Assembly (NCBI GenBank): GCA_019704295.1
Contig: AP024596.1
Location: 1,664,001-1,728,000, forward strand
From: Sulfolobales archaeon HS-7
Lineage (GTDB): Archaea > Thermoproteota > Thermoprotei_A > Sulfolobales > Sulfolobaceae
DNA length: 64,000 nt
Direction of reading: 5' to 3'
A model generated the notes under the pieces. It was not told the origin of the DNA, did not search any database, and was given only the letters and a program-made list of their open reading frames with translations. Made by a program: the position numbers and the translations under genes. Shown here in pieces: positions 39,955-49,839 of this stretch; positions within the stretch are counted from its first letter, which is position 1, and the number at the start of each line of letters is the position of its first letter.

Positions 39955-41486
39955 ATTACTCCCCTCCTTTCGTAGAACTTCTGGAGTCCGCTCTTGAACT
40001 CGGTAATCGTACTCTTTGCGGTTAGTTTGAAGAATTCATTCCTTTCCTCTAATTCTAGTTTGAGCCCTTCCTCAGTTTTCCCCTTTTTATACGCTAATAA
40101 GGAGAGCCGTTTGCTTTTGATGAGATCAGAGTCGTCCCACATATCAGTCACAGGGTTATAAACAGCTAGTCTATTATAGACGGCTTGACCTTGAATGAGA
40201 TTAATCTCTCCCATTTCCTGTACTCTTCTCCTCAGAAACGTATTTCCATTTACGTTCACTGGAAAGGAATCAATGAATACTACTAAGGAAATTATTGAGA
40301 AGAAAGAGTCGTCAATACCTGAGTAATTAAATCTGGCCTTCAGTGATGGGAAGTCCTCTGCGTGAATTGAGGTCACTCCTCCGTGACCGCTGGCCACTGA
40401 ATGAATGAACTCGTTTAATTCCTCCTTTGTCCTCACCTCTCCTACTGACACTAGATCCGGTCTTATCCTCAGCGTGTGAGCTATCAGTTTATCGAGAGGT
40501 ATGTCAACAGCCTCGGCATACTCCATAAAAGTTGTACTTTTTCTGGAAATCAGCCTTACCCAGTTAGGATGAATTACCTTAAGTTCTGGGATTTCCTCAA
40601 CCGTCACTATTTTCCAAGTTGGTGGAAGAATGGTAAGCATGCCGTTTATAAGTGTCGTCTTACCGGTTCCCGATCTCCCAACCACTAATACGACTCCCCT
40701 ATTTTCCAACACATACCATATTGCTGATGCCATCCAATCGGACATAATTCTCTTGCTGTAAATCATATAACTAAGGGTCCATACGTCTTCTAAGGGTTTT
40801 CTTATAGATATCGATGAACCTGGAAGAGAAACCTCCCTTCCGTAAGTAAGGGCTAATCTGTATCCCTCAGGAGAAATAGCATCGACTATTGGTTTTGCTA
40901 GTGTAACGGACTTTCCAGCCTTCAATGCTATTCTCTGAACGAGGTAATCCGCGTCACTTGGAGTTAGATGAATGTTGGTCGGAAGCCACGTTCCGAAACC
41001 TCTGTGAAAGACCCATACTACGTCTCCCCTTGCTTTATCAACTCCAGCACCTGCATATGAAATATCCTCAATCTCCATATCGTCAAAGAGAGGAGTTAGT
41101 ACATTATATCTGAGGATGTCCCTTATCACGTAGTAACCCATAGTTTTGTCGTAGTCTATAGCCTGCAAAATTTGAGCTATCAACTGATCCTCCTCAGAGG
41201 GTTTTATGACGTAATACAGCATTTTCATCTTATTTTCAAGTTTAGCCTTCTTCTTCTCGTCAAGATAAGGTTCATCAATTTGATAGGAGAATCCATCGTT
41301 AGTCTTTACTACATATGAAGATGGGTACTCAACTCCTTTATCCTCATATTTCCACTTTAATTTAGTTTCGGATAGGATCTCTCCTTTATCCACCTTTTTA
41401 AGACATTTTATATTAATGTCAGTACCAAGTGGTGTTTCAGATGCCGTCACAATCTTCTTTCTCTTAAACAAAGACATCTTACCCAC
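39951..41486 (-). CDS. Type IV pilus assembly ATPase (VirB11/TadA-like)
   Basis: IEDIS, GRSGTGKT, TVEEIPEL, RPD..VGEVR, GHGG.TSIHA. Confidence 0.92.
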   Translation of the reverse strand: MGKMSLFKRKKIVTASETPLGTDINIKCLKKVDKGEILSETKLKWKYEDKGVEYPSSYVVKTNDGFSYQIDEPYLDEKKKAKLENKMKMLYYVIKPSEEDQLIAQILQAIDYDKTMGYYVIRDILRYNVLTPLFDDMEIEDISYAGAGVDKARGDVVWVFHRGFGTWLPTNIHLTPSDADYLVQRIALKAGKSVTLAKPIVDAISPEGYRLALTYGREVSLPGSSISIRKPLEDVWTLSYMIYSKRIMSDWMASAIWYVLENRGVVLVVGRSGTGKTTLINGMLTILPPTWKIVTVEEIPELKVIHPNWVRLISRKSTTFMEYAEAVDIPLDKLIAHTLRIRPDLVSVGEVRTKEELNEFIHSVASGHGGVTSIHAEDFPSLKARFNYSGIDDSFFSIISLVVFIDSFPVNVNGNTFLRRRVQEMGEINLIQGQAVYNRLAVYNPVTDMWDDSDLIKSKRLSLLAYKKGKTEEGLKLELEERNEFFKLTAKSTITEFKSGLQKFYERRGVM

Positions 41487-42237
41487 CTCCTTCGCAGACC
41501 CTTCTGTAGCATGGCTGAAAGTCGTTTAATGGAAGCATTGAAGAGTGTTCTAGATTACCGTAAGCTGTTGTAACTGCAGCCATGATATTCTGAAATTCAT
41601 GCTGGCTTAACTCATTGAAGAAATACGTATTGATCAGAACGTTTTTCGAGCCAATAGGCGGTAGGTTAAGGTTACACCCATTCCCCCGATGCAGTCCGTA
41701 CGTTACATTATTGTAATCTTGGATGCTTTGAAACACGTAGTATGTTATTGAATATTCCTGTCCAGGAGCTAAATTCAGATTTAGGGGTTCACGATACCAC
41801 GGAGTACCTTCTGGTACACCACCAATAGCATCCAACATTTCTAGGCTATCTATATGAGATACCACGGAACCGATATTCTTTATGATTATGTTGATTTCAT
41901 AGTAACTTCCCCAAAACTTCTCCCCTAGAGGTAGCGAACATGGTTGTGGAGGTGGAAGAGGGGGTGGAAGAGGTAGAGGTGTCGTATAATATTTCACTAT
42001 CACGCAATGCTTTACTATTGATAGGGTTACGGAGATGTCTTCCTGATTTTTATTTTGTATGTGAAGTTGAGCTTGGCTAATTTCAGTTGAAATAGCTTGA
42101 TTATCTGCAAAGAATATCCCCAAAGCAGCGAGTGAGGCTAGGACTATAAGGAGGAATATTATCGTTCCAATTACTGTCCCTAAACCTCTCCGAAGGAAAC
42201 CCAATCCATAATTAAACACTATACGGAACCACCTCAT
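41479..42237 (-). CDS. Minor pilin/adhesin with class III signal peptide and Pro-rich insert
   Basis: RRG|LGTVIGTIIFLLIV; PLPLPPPLPPPQPC. Confidence 0.7.
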   Translation of the reverse strand: MRWFRIVFNYGLGFLRRGLGTVIGTIIFLLIVLASLAALGIFFADNQAISTEISQAQLHIQNKNQEDISVTLSIVKHCVIVKYYTTPLPLPPPLPPPQPCSLPLGEKFWGSYYEINIIIKNIGSVVSHIDSLEMLDAIGGVPEGTPWYREPLNLNLAPGQEYSITYYVFQSIQDYNNVTYGLHRGNGCNLNLPPIGSKNVLINTYFFNELSQHEFQNIMAAVTTAYGNLEHSSMLPLNDFQPCYRRVCEGGG

Positions 42238-42664
42238 ACGCGTTTCCCGCTGTGGTGTATATAGTAACGTTATAGTTGTTCGTGGGTACCACTAAAGGTA
42301 TTACTATCAAATACTCTTTGCCTGAAATGAGATTCCCGTAAGGTTCGAAATAGAGGAGAGGTTTTCCACATGAGACGTTCTCTACCAGGTAAACCGAGGC
42401 CTGTACAGGTGTGAAATAACTTCCATAAGTTGCGTAAGCTATAACTAAGTTCCCAGGACCATAATTCATAACATATACACATATGTCAGAGGAATTGTAA
42501 TCGGCGTAAAGGACAGATAAGAGCTGAACATCTGGAGTTTGAGAAGATGTGGGGACTGAATTGAAGAAGAATCTTCCGTCTATTGATAGAAAAGCCCCCA
42601 GCAATATCAGGGTGATCACAAGAGACAGGAGGGCTGCAACAACGTCCGACAAACCCCTGTTCAT
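42212..42664 (-). CDS. Type IV pilin
   Basis: RG|LSDVVAALL class III signal; C-terminal VTIYTTAGN. Confidence 0.8.
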   Translation of the reverse strand: MNRGLSDVVAALLSLVITLILLGAFLSIDGRFFFNSVPTSSQTPDVQLLSVLYADYNSSDICVYVMNYGPGNLVIAYATYGSYFTPVQASVYLVENVSCGKPLLYFEPYGNLISGKEYLIVIPLVVPTNNYNVTIYTTAGNAYEVVPYSV

Positions 42665-43191
42665 GCTCCCACCTCAGACGCCGACGATTGTATAACAATT
42701 GACGTCGAGCCTAACGTACCAAATACCTTCACTATAGTTACGTTTCCAATAAGGAAAAATGGCAAAGAAACACCATTCAGCTGCTGATTTACAGAACAGA
42801 AAGTGTAAAGGAGCTGATGCTTACCAGGCGGGACGGGATATGGCAAATTCACTTCATAATTCTTTAAGAGGGAATAGTTACTAAATGTTGTATAATATGG
42901 ACCTTTAGGCTGTATACTCCAATACCCTGAACCGGTTGGATTAGAGATCGTGATCTGATTTACTACAAAAGAATAATACCCATCGTTTTCTACACATAAT
43001 TCAACCAAAGCTAAATTACCTCCGTTCACAAGAATTACTTTCGATGTAACTGTAACTTGAGGGGTAGATTCTAGGTTGTTTATCCAACCCACCCCTATGT
43101 TATAAAGAACAGTCCAGGCTAAAAAAACAATTAAGATTAGGAGGAGAGAACCTACAATATTCGATAATCCTCTCCCCCTTTTTACTACCAG
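42661..43191 (-). CDS. Type IV pilin; true N-terminus lies upstream of the listed ORF, probable CTG start
   Basis: In-frame extension LVVKRGRG|LSNIVGSLLLILIVFLAW upstream of GTG 43092. Confidence 0.75.
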   Translation of the reverse strand: MVVKRGRGLSNIVGSLLLILIVFLAWTVLYNIGVGWINNLESTPQVTVTSKVILVNGGNLALVELCVENDGYYSFVVNQITISNPTGSGYWSIQPKGPYYTTFSNYSLLKNYEVNLPYPVPPGKHQLLYTFCSVNQQLNGVSLPFFLIGNVTIVKVFGTLGSTSIVIQSSASEVGA

Positions 43192-43203
43192 AGAGGTCCC
43201 CCC

Positions 43204-43767
43204 TTAGTCCTGTACGACTACGCTGTACTGGTTTATTATTGATTGGCTAGTGACGTTATCCTGCCCTATTACTACGAACACAACAGTTTGCCCTACCGTC
43301 AGGGAGATTCCTGAAGACGATGGCATTAGCCCTTGAAACGTCACTGATTGTCCTGGTTCTACTAGTAAAGCGCCATCACTTAAGACCTCATATTCTCCGC
43401 CGGCTGGAGTTATGTAATTAGTTGTACTTCCTCCTCCATTTCCACCAGACGCAGATGCTTTCCATAAAGCGCTTTGTACACCATTAGCGCCAAGTGCTAT
43501 TTCGCTTATGGCCAATGGGTCATTCCCGCTATCCGTAACAGTGACTGCAATAGATGCTCCATTTGCCTTATAATTACCTCCCGCTATTATTACAGAGGCG
43601 TCAGACACTGAAACTGAGGCATCATGACTATTAGATGCAAATAGTCCGAATACGAAGTGACCTATCAGTAGCGCCGCTACAATAGTTAACACTATTAATA
43701 ATAACGAACCTACTATGTTGGATAGACCTCTTTTTACCTTTTTCCTAGAGTTTCGGGTTACATACAT
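43204..43767 (-). CDS. Major type IV pilin candidate
   Basis: KRG|LSNIVGSLLLIVLTIVAALLI; first gene of operon. Confidence 0.85.
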   Translation of the reverse strand: MYVTRNSRKKVKRGLSNIVGSLLLIVLTIVAALLIGHFVFGLFASNSHDASVSVSDASVIIAGGNYKANGASIAVTVTDSGNDPLAISEIALGANGVQSALWKASASGGNGGGSTTNYITPAGGEYEVLSDGALLVEPGQSVTFQGLMPSSSGISLTVGQTVVFVVIGQDNVTSQSIINQYSVVVQD

Positions 43768-43845
43768 GTTTCTTCTGAAATAATCGTCCTGCTTCCTTTA
43801 TAAAAAGAACACTCCTGAACGAAAATAAAACTTAGAGCGGTCTTA

Positions 43846-43873
43846 GTTTCACATTGGTTCCACTCAGGTTCCA
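43846..43873. promoter_or_regulatory. Three helically phased GTT(T/C)CA repeats upstream of pilin operon
   Basis: GTTTCA 43846, GTTCCA 43857, GTTCCA 43868 (11-bp period), about 40 nt upstream of the pilin TATA TTTTTATAAA. Confidence 0.5.
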
Positions 43874-44436
43874 TTTTTCCTTGCGGCTTAATTATCTTCA
43901 GATTATTAATGAAGAACTTACTCGCTACCTGTCAAAATTAATTCTCAGCATTTTCCTGAATTTCATTTGAATATCAAAGTTGTTAGTATAACGTAACTAG
44001 GATTTAAAACTCAATAATTGTTCCCTTGGGTGTTAATAAACCTCCTGAAACGCTGGAAAACTTGGATCATAACGATATTATTAGACTCCTACATGACAAA
44101 TTCCTCGCATATCAATTACTAGACTACGGTAAGTTTTAACGGATACATTATTTCTAAGAGAAGATATTAACTCCGGATATTAACGTTTTAAGATTTGATT
44201 AACCTCTGTTACATAAACTTTTGAGCAATACTAATAATTAAAAAAGACCTTAATAAAAAAGGTCTAGTCCCGACCGAAAACAATGTTGTGTTAAGTAATA
44301 TAGAAATTTTTCACTTCATTTTCTATATACTGATAAATGCTCACTAAAATATTACACTATTCTATATTATTCTGTTTTTTACTATCAAGAAATAACTAGT
44401 GAAAAGCTTATAACAGACAAATAATGAAATTATGTT

Positions 44437-44922
44437 ATGGAATATACGGGGCAAATAGACGTAACAACCCTTTTAGGAGACACAAATTTGATAAAATTCG
44501 TCCAGAACACGCATGATCTAATAAATCCCAATATTATACTCATGAAAGGGGGAGAGCATTTCGTAGTTCTCTTCATAGCTCCAAAGGTTAATATAATGAT
44601 GTCGAGTTTGATTACCGCGTTTCTTCTGATTCTCGAATACCTGATAATAACTAAAATGGATTTCTTCAGAAATCGTTTTTTCAAATCTAAGAAATTAAAT
44701 ATACATCTTAACGATAGAGACCTTATAATATTACGAGTGTTATTAGATGGGACCGACCGTTTTTCCGAAATTGTTATGAGAACTGGATTGCCCAAATCAA
44801 CAGTTTATAGGAGGCTACTAAGACTTATAGACCAAGGAGTAGTAGAGGAACAAAACGATATTTCTGGGAAGAAGTATAAAGTTAAAGATGAAAAAATTAG
44901 AAAATTAGTAAAGGGGTATTGA
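44437..44922 (+). CDS. Membrane-anchored HTH regulator, paralogue of 8829..9590
   Basis: TM then LNDRDLIILRVLLDG...FSEIVMRTGLPKSTVYRRL; BRE-TATA AAAAGCTTATAA about 24 nt upstream. Confidence 0.8.
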   Translation: MEYTGQIDVTTLLGDTNLIKFVQNTHDLINPNIILMKGGEHFVVLFIAPKVNIMMSSLITAFLLILEYLIITKMDFFRNRFFKSKKLNIHLNDRDLIILRVLLDGTDRFSEIVMRTGLPKSTVYRRLLRLIDQGVVEEQNDISGKKYKVKDEKIRKLVKGY

Positions 44923-45244
44923 ATTTTCATTTTGTAGGTAAATTACCCCTTGCCCCTACCAGAAAATCAAAAGTAGTTTATCTATTTCGAATGTGATGTC
45001 AGAGGTAAAAACAATTTTTTATTGTAAAATAAACACATTTCTAAAGCTTAACTGTGGATTCTCGTACCTAATATGATTGTAAAAGAGATAATGAGAAAAA
45101 ATCACAGAGGTAGATCTTCGATCTCTAGTTAGTTCTTGATATTACGAAATTCAACGGAGAAATGGCAGGAGATGCGTGTAGAACACTCATTTTCAATCGA
45201 TTAGGAGATCCGTAAAGACAATAAGTAAACCAATGGCAGTTTAT

Positions 45245-45296
45245 GTGAGGAACTAAGCAGGGAATGATCAGAAGATGACGAGGAGACTCAACGTGA
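45245..45296 (+). ncRNA. Possible C/D box sRNA with variant boxes
   Basis: GTGAGGA - 12 nt - ATGA - 7 nt - ATGACGA - 11 nt - GTGA. Confidence 0.35.
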
Positions 45297-45647
45297 AGGG
45301 AGATCTCGGCTAGAATATAAGCATGGAGTTAACACGTCGATAAAGGGAAATAGACCGTTACTGTGGTAGCAGATTGTGAGAGGTATAAAGGGATTCTTCC
45401 CGCAAAGACATATTAAAGCCTGGATTAGGTCTAAATATACCAGGAATCTCTGAGGCCGAGATTATTAACGAGATCCCAGCAAGTTCGATACGCGTCATGA
45501 CTACCTTCAGAACTTGTAAAACTTCGTCCTCTAACCACTCTCTTAGTCATACTACAGGTGAGGCTTTGACGCAGGGATAGAGGATAGCCTAGCTAACTTC
45601 AATTTAGACAACCGCAAAAATATATTGTTCAACCAAGATATTAGCGT

Positions 45648-46088
45648 ATGTTAAGGGAATCGTCAGACGTTTTACTCGATTTGTGTTCAATGATTGTAAA
45701 ATGGTTCGGAAATGAAGTAAAGGGAATTGTGGTGAATTTAAAAAGTAGCAAAATAGTCGTCTTAATTGTTCTGGATGGTATAGATAGGATCTCTTTAGTT
45801 GCGCGAGGGGAAATATCCTCTTTCTTTTTAAAGAAAATAATGAGAAGTGAAAATTTTATTAAGTTCGTCTCAAAAACGGGACATGAACCGGATTTAACCC
45901 TTCTCTTCCTTACTGAGGAGGAACTGAGTTTTCATATACCCGGTATTGTTGAAATCTTAAGAGGGAGTTACGTTTTATTCGGAACGGACAAAATAAAAAA
46001 GGAGGTGAAATTTTCAAACGAGTTACCTTCATCAGGCAGGGCAGTTTTCTTCGGCAAGTTAAAAAAAGGGGAGGTAATTGACATTTGA
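45648..46088 (+). CDS. Degenerate MNT-like protein
   Basis: Size and C-terminal KKGEVIDI echo the MNT at 1533 (KFGEVINF) but GS/DxD motifs are absent. Confidence 0.5.
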   Translation: MLRESSDVLLDLCSMIVKWFGNEVKGIVVNLKSSKIVVLIVLDGIDRISLVARGEISSFFLKKIMRSENFIKFVSKTGHEPDLTLLFLTEEELSFHIPGIVEILRGSYVLFGTDKIKKEVKFSNELPSSGRAVFFGKLKKGEVIDI

Positions 46089-46501
46089 ATAACAGCTCCA
46101 CTGCTTCTGAATTCATTCTCCGCTCAGTTCGTCTTATGAAATGCGCTGAAAGCGCGTATGAAGAGGGCGACATCTCTGCATCTGTGATCCTGCTATATTC
46201 CGCAGCTTCTTACGGTATTAGAGCAATACTTATTTTACATGGTATATACACAAGGGAAGAGCCGATGAGCTATTTGAACTTAATCCCGTGGGACACAATT
46301 TTAGATGAAAGGGAAATGATCGAAATACTCTCCACAATAATAGAGATTAAACAAAAGGGAGAAATTGCAACGGTTATTGAGGAATCCTCGCTAAAATATC
46401 CCAGTTTATTAATAAGGAATGTAGAAGCTAAGGATTTAATGGAAAAGGGGGAGAAATTGATACAAACCTTACAGAGGTACTTCGATGAGTTTCATAATTG
46501 A
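46085..46501 (+). CDS. HEPN-like helical protein
   Basis: AESAYEEGD...AASYGIRAILILHG N-terminal HEPN pattern; 4-nt overlap with previous gene. Confidence 0.55.
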   Translation: MNNSSTASEFILRSVRLMKCAESAYEEGDISASVILLYSAASYGIRAILILHGIYTREEPMSYLNLIPWDTILDEREMIEILSTIIEIKQKGEIATVIEESSLKYPSLLIRNVEAKDLMEKGEKLIQTLQRYFDEFHN

Positions 46502-46685
46502 CCTTGACGAGAGCGCTTGTAATAGTTCCGTAAAGGACATCGTTTCATACGCTGAAGTTTTCCAGGACATAACCTTCTCCACATCTAATCAAGAACTTCT
46601 CCTCGCATTAGAGAAGAAGTTCGAATTGAAAATAGTGAGAAGAGAGGGGGAGAAAATATATTTCAAGATAGTTTATCTTGGTTAG
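46485..46685 (+). CDS. Small hypothetical protein, possibly TusA/SirA-like fold
   Basis: IDLDESAC start and C-terminal beta hairpin; overlapping operon arrangement. Confidence 0.45.
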   Translation: MSFIIDLDESACNSSVKDIVSYAEVFQDITFSTSNQELLLALEKKFELKIVRREGEKIYFKIVYLG

Positions 46686-46711
46686 CATATTACCAACAAC
46701 TAAGGGAGTAC

Positions 46712-47290
46712 TTGCGATATTCGGAAGTTGACGATTATCGTTCAGCGACTTTACTAAACCTGATCATCGTTAAGGACTATGAGGAATTGTTACCCCCAAT
46801 AATTAAGGGAAAGATCGTGGCTATTGTGGGCGCAGGACCGTCTCTGTCTAAAGTAAAGGAGATCGATGCGGAAGTCGTTATATCGGCCGATGGAGCTACT
46901 AACTACCTAGTTGAAATTGGAATAACGCCGGATATAGTAGTAACTGACCTCGACGGTATTTCCACCTATCCTCCTTCTATTTACGTAGTTCATGCGCATG
47001 GTGATAACTACTCCCTTTTGTGGAAAGTTAAGCACATGAGAAAAGTGATAGGAACATGTCAGGTCAGACCTTTCGGAAAGCTTCACCTTTATGGGGGATT
47101 TACAGATGGGGATAGAGCTTACGTTATCGCAAGGAAATTTGGTGCGAATTCAATAAAGTTCTTCGGATGGGATCTTGAGTCAGACTTGACCGGAAAATAC
47201 TCTAAGCCCTACTTGCTATCGGATACTCTAAACACAAAGCAAAAAAGCATTAAGCTAAGAGTTGCTTCTACTATTCTTAGCGTTTTTTAA
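46712..47290 (+). CDS. mptE: 6-hydroxymethylpterin diphosphokinase MptE-like
   Basis: [30 protein letters not shown]. Confidence 0.88.
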   Translation: MRYSEVDDYRSATLLNLIIVKDYEELLPPIIKGKIVAIVGAGPSLSKVKEIDAEVVISADGATNYLVEIGITPDIVVTDLDGISTYPPSIYVVHAHGDNYSLLWKVKHMRKVIGTCQVRPFGKLHLYGGFTDGDRAYVIARKFGANSIKFFGWDLESDLTGKYSKPYLLSDTLNTKQKSIKLRVASTILSVF

Positions 47291-49054
47291 CCTTTTCTTT
47301 ATGGAGGGCTTTATCTTATTTATTGCCTCGATCAAATCCTCCTGGGTCAGATTTCTGGAGGAATTCCCCTTTATTCTCTCCTTTAAGACCTTTATCTTAG
47401 CCTCTCTTGTAATAGCGGCAATATCTGCCCCAGAATATCCCTCAGTCATCTCCGCAAGTGTCCTACAGTCCACAGACTTACAAACGTCGATACCTAGGTA
47501 CTTACTAAAGATATCATCTCTCTCAAACGAATTAGGCAGGGGCATATGTATGATCTTATCAAATCTTCCGGGTCTGAGTAAAGCCGTGTCCACCATCCGT
47601 ATTCTGTTCGTAGTGGCTACTACTACTACGTCCGTTAGAGACCTTATACCGTCCATTTCAGTTAGGATCTGATTAACTATTTTAGAGGCGCTGCTCTCTT
47701 TATTTCGTCTAGAAGCTATAGCGTCTATCTCATCAAGTAATACGATAGACGGCTTGTTCTCTCTTGCCCTGTTAAACACTTCCTTTATTACCGAAATAGC
47801 GCCTTCGTATCCCTTATACATAACCTCCGCACCGCTCAGCGGAATTAACTTTACGTTAAGAGTCCTCGCCAGAGCTTTAGCCATCATGGTTTTTCCCACG
47901 CCAGGTGGACCGTAAAGCAGTATTCCCCTAACGGGTGAGATCTTCATCTCTTCCATCATTTTGGAGTATTTGAGCTGCATTTCAAGTATCTCAAGAAGTT
48001 CCTCCTTTACCTGCTGATAACCTCCAATATCGTCTATAGTTATTTCGCTCTTATCCTCCATCTGTTCTTGCTTTCCTCTCCTTTCGTAGTCTAATCTGAA
48101 CTTCTCGTAATCTTCTACCATGGAAAGCGAAATACTGGGCTTATAGTTCTTTATAATACTCTGGAAATCGCTCATTGTAATTTTTCTCTCCACCCCCTTT
48201 TCGAGGCTTTCGGATGCCACTTTCCTGGCAACCTCCTGACATATATTAGCTAGGTCTGCACCACTGTACCTTTCCGTGATTTCCGCCAACGTATCAAAGC
48301 TTACGTCTTCCGCCAATGGCATACCGCTACAGTGAACCTTAAGTATATCCCTCCTAGCCGATTTAGAAGGGGGACCGAGATATATGAGCTTGTCGAACCT
48401 TCCAGCTCTTAAAAGCGCCTTATCAAGGAGTTGTGGTACGTTTGTAGAGCCTACTATTATGACTCCCTCCTCGCTCTCCATACCATCTATTTCTGACAAC
48501 ATTAACGAAAGAAGTCTAGGCGTTACGGAATCTCCGGTATGGTTCTCCCTTTTAGTCCCTATTGTATCGATTTCATCAAAGAAAAGTATACAAGGCGCAT
48601 TCTTTCTGGCAGTGGAGAATAATTCCCTTAACCTTGACTCGCTCTCGCCATACCATTTACTCATTATTTCGCTAACGTTAACGTAAACGAAGTTCAGCTT
48701 TGCACTGTTTGCCATCGCTCTCATCATTAAGGTTTTACCGCATCCTGGAGGGCCGAAGAGTAATATACCCTTTGGGAGCCTTAAACTGTATTTTTTCGCC
48801 ACGTCTTTATACTTAAGCGGTATCTCTATGTATTCCTTTATCTCCTTTTTTACATCGTCGTAACCCCCAATTAGATCCCATGTTATATTTTCGCTTTTGC
48901 TTTGAATCATGGGCTTCTGTACTTTTTTCTGTACGTTTTGGGGTTTGGGATTCATGAAAGCTCGCTTTGACCAACTCTTAGTTATTACGTAAAACAGCAC
49001 TGAGAACACTAATGCTGAAACCGCCAACTCAATTGCTAATGATAACGAACCCAA
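47255..49054 (-). CDS. Tandem AAA+ ATPase (CDC48-like) with N-terminal TM anchor
   Basis: Two GPPGxGKT, DEID and GRFD sets. Confidence 0.92.
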   Translation of the reverse strand: MGSLSLAIELAVSALVFSVLFYVITKSWSKRAFMNPKPQNVQKKVQKPMIQSKSENITWDLIGGYDDVKKEIKEYIEIPLKYKDVAKKYSLRLPKGILLFGPPGCGKTLMMRAMANSAKLNFVYVNVSEIMSKWYGESESRLRELFSTARKNAPCILFFDEIDTIGTKRENHTGDSVTPRLLSLMLSEIDGMESEEGVIIVGSTNVPQLLDKALLRAGRFDKLIYLGPPSKSARRDILKVHCSGMPLAEDVSFDTLAEITERYSGADLANICQEVARKVASESLEKGVERKITMSDFQSIIKNYKPSISLSMVEDYEKFRLDYERRGKQEQMEDKSEITIDDIGGYQQVKEELLEILEMQLKYSKMMEEMKISPVRGILLYGPPGVGKTMMAKALARTLNVKLIPLSGAEVMYKGYEGAISVIKEVFNRARENKPSIVLLDEIDAIASRRNKESSASKIVNQILTEMDGIRSLTDVVVVATTNRIRMVDTALLRPGRFDKIIHMPLPNSFERDDIFSKYLGIDVCKSVDCRTLAEMTEGYSGADIAAITREAKIKVLKERIKGNSSRNLTQEDLIEAINKIKPSIKKRLKNAKNSRSNS

Positions 49055-49305
49055 CTTACTCTAACATAATATTAAGCATAAGGGTTTAAATATGATATTC
49101 AAGCTTTTCTACGTAATTGTACATGGTTATAGCCTGTATCGCAAACCAGTAAGGATCTTGGAGGTTGTGATATTTCCTAAAAGAGTAACCATATTGATTA
49201 CTCATTCGTCACGCTTTGACAGTTTTTATATCACGAGTCACGCTGCAAAAACTCTCATCATTTCATAGAAAACTTTCTAAGATAAGGGAGTATTATTTGA
49301 TTGAG

Positions 49306-49358
49306 ATGATGTGTTAATGGTGACGGAACTGAGACATGATGTGTCGTTGCCGGGCTGA
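49306..49358 (+). ncRNA. C/D box sRNA
   Basis: C ATGATGT - GTTAATGGTGACGGAA - CTGA - ATGATGT - GTCGTTGCCGGG - CTGA. Confidence 0.82.
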
Positions 49359-49839
49359 AATCGTCCTTCTAAGTTCTCGAAGAATAGATTTTATCCTATA
49401 AGTTATCCTCATGAGTTCTAGAGTAAAATCTGGCTAAATCGCCAAAGATCCCACTGATCGTTATATCGAGAAGAGGTAAGGGCCTTCACCTAGGGTATTC
49501 ATAATACTCAATACTTTAGAGCGTGAGTATGAATGAATTCTTCAATGGTGTCCCTTAGACACGATAATATTAAAGGACACAAAGGAAGATATTTTGATCT
49601 TCGGAATCCGTATAAACAAGGACAACTATTTCCAATCTCATACTCAAGTATACCACTCATGATCAGGGGTTAAAATGAAAATACGACCTTACTCAAGCGT
49701 CATACCCATTCAGAAAATAATAGCGTGAGAATTATACTTACTACCTTGAACGATTCAATAATCATGTGATAGAAACTGAAAGCTTAATCTCAAAGTTTTC
49801 AACCATTAACCTTTTACATCCGTTTTTCCTACTAATAAC

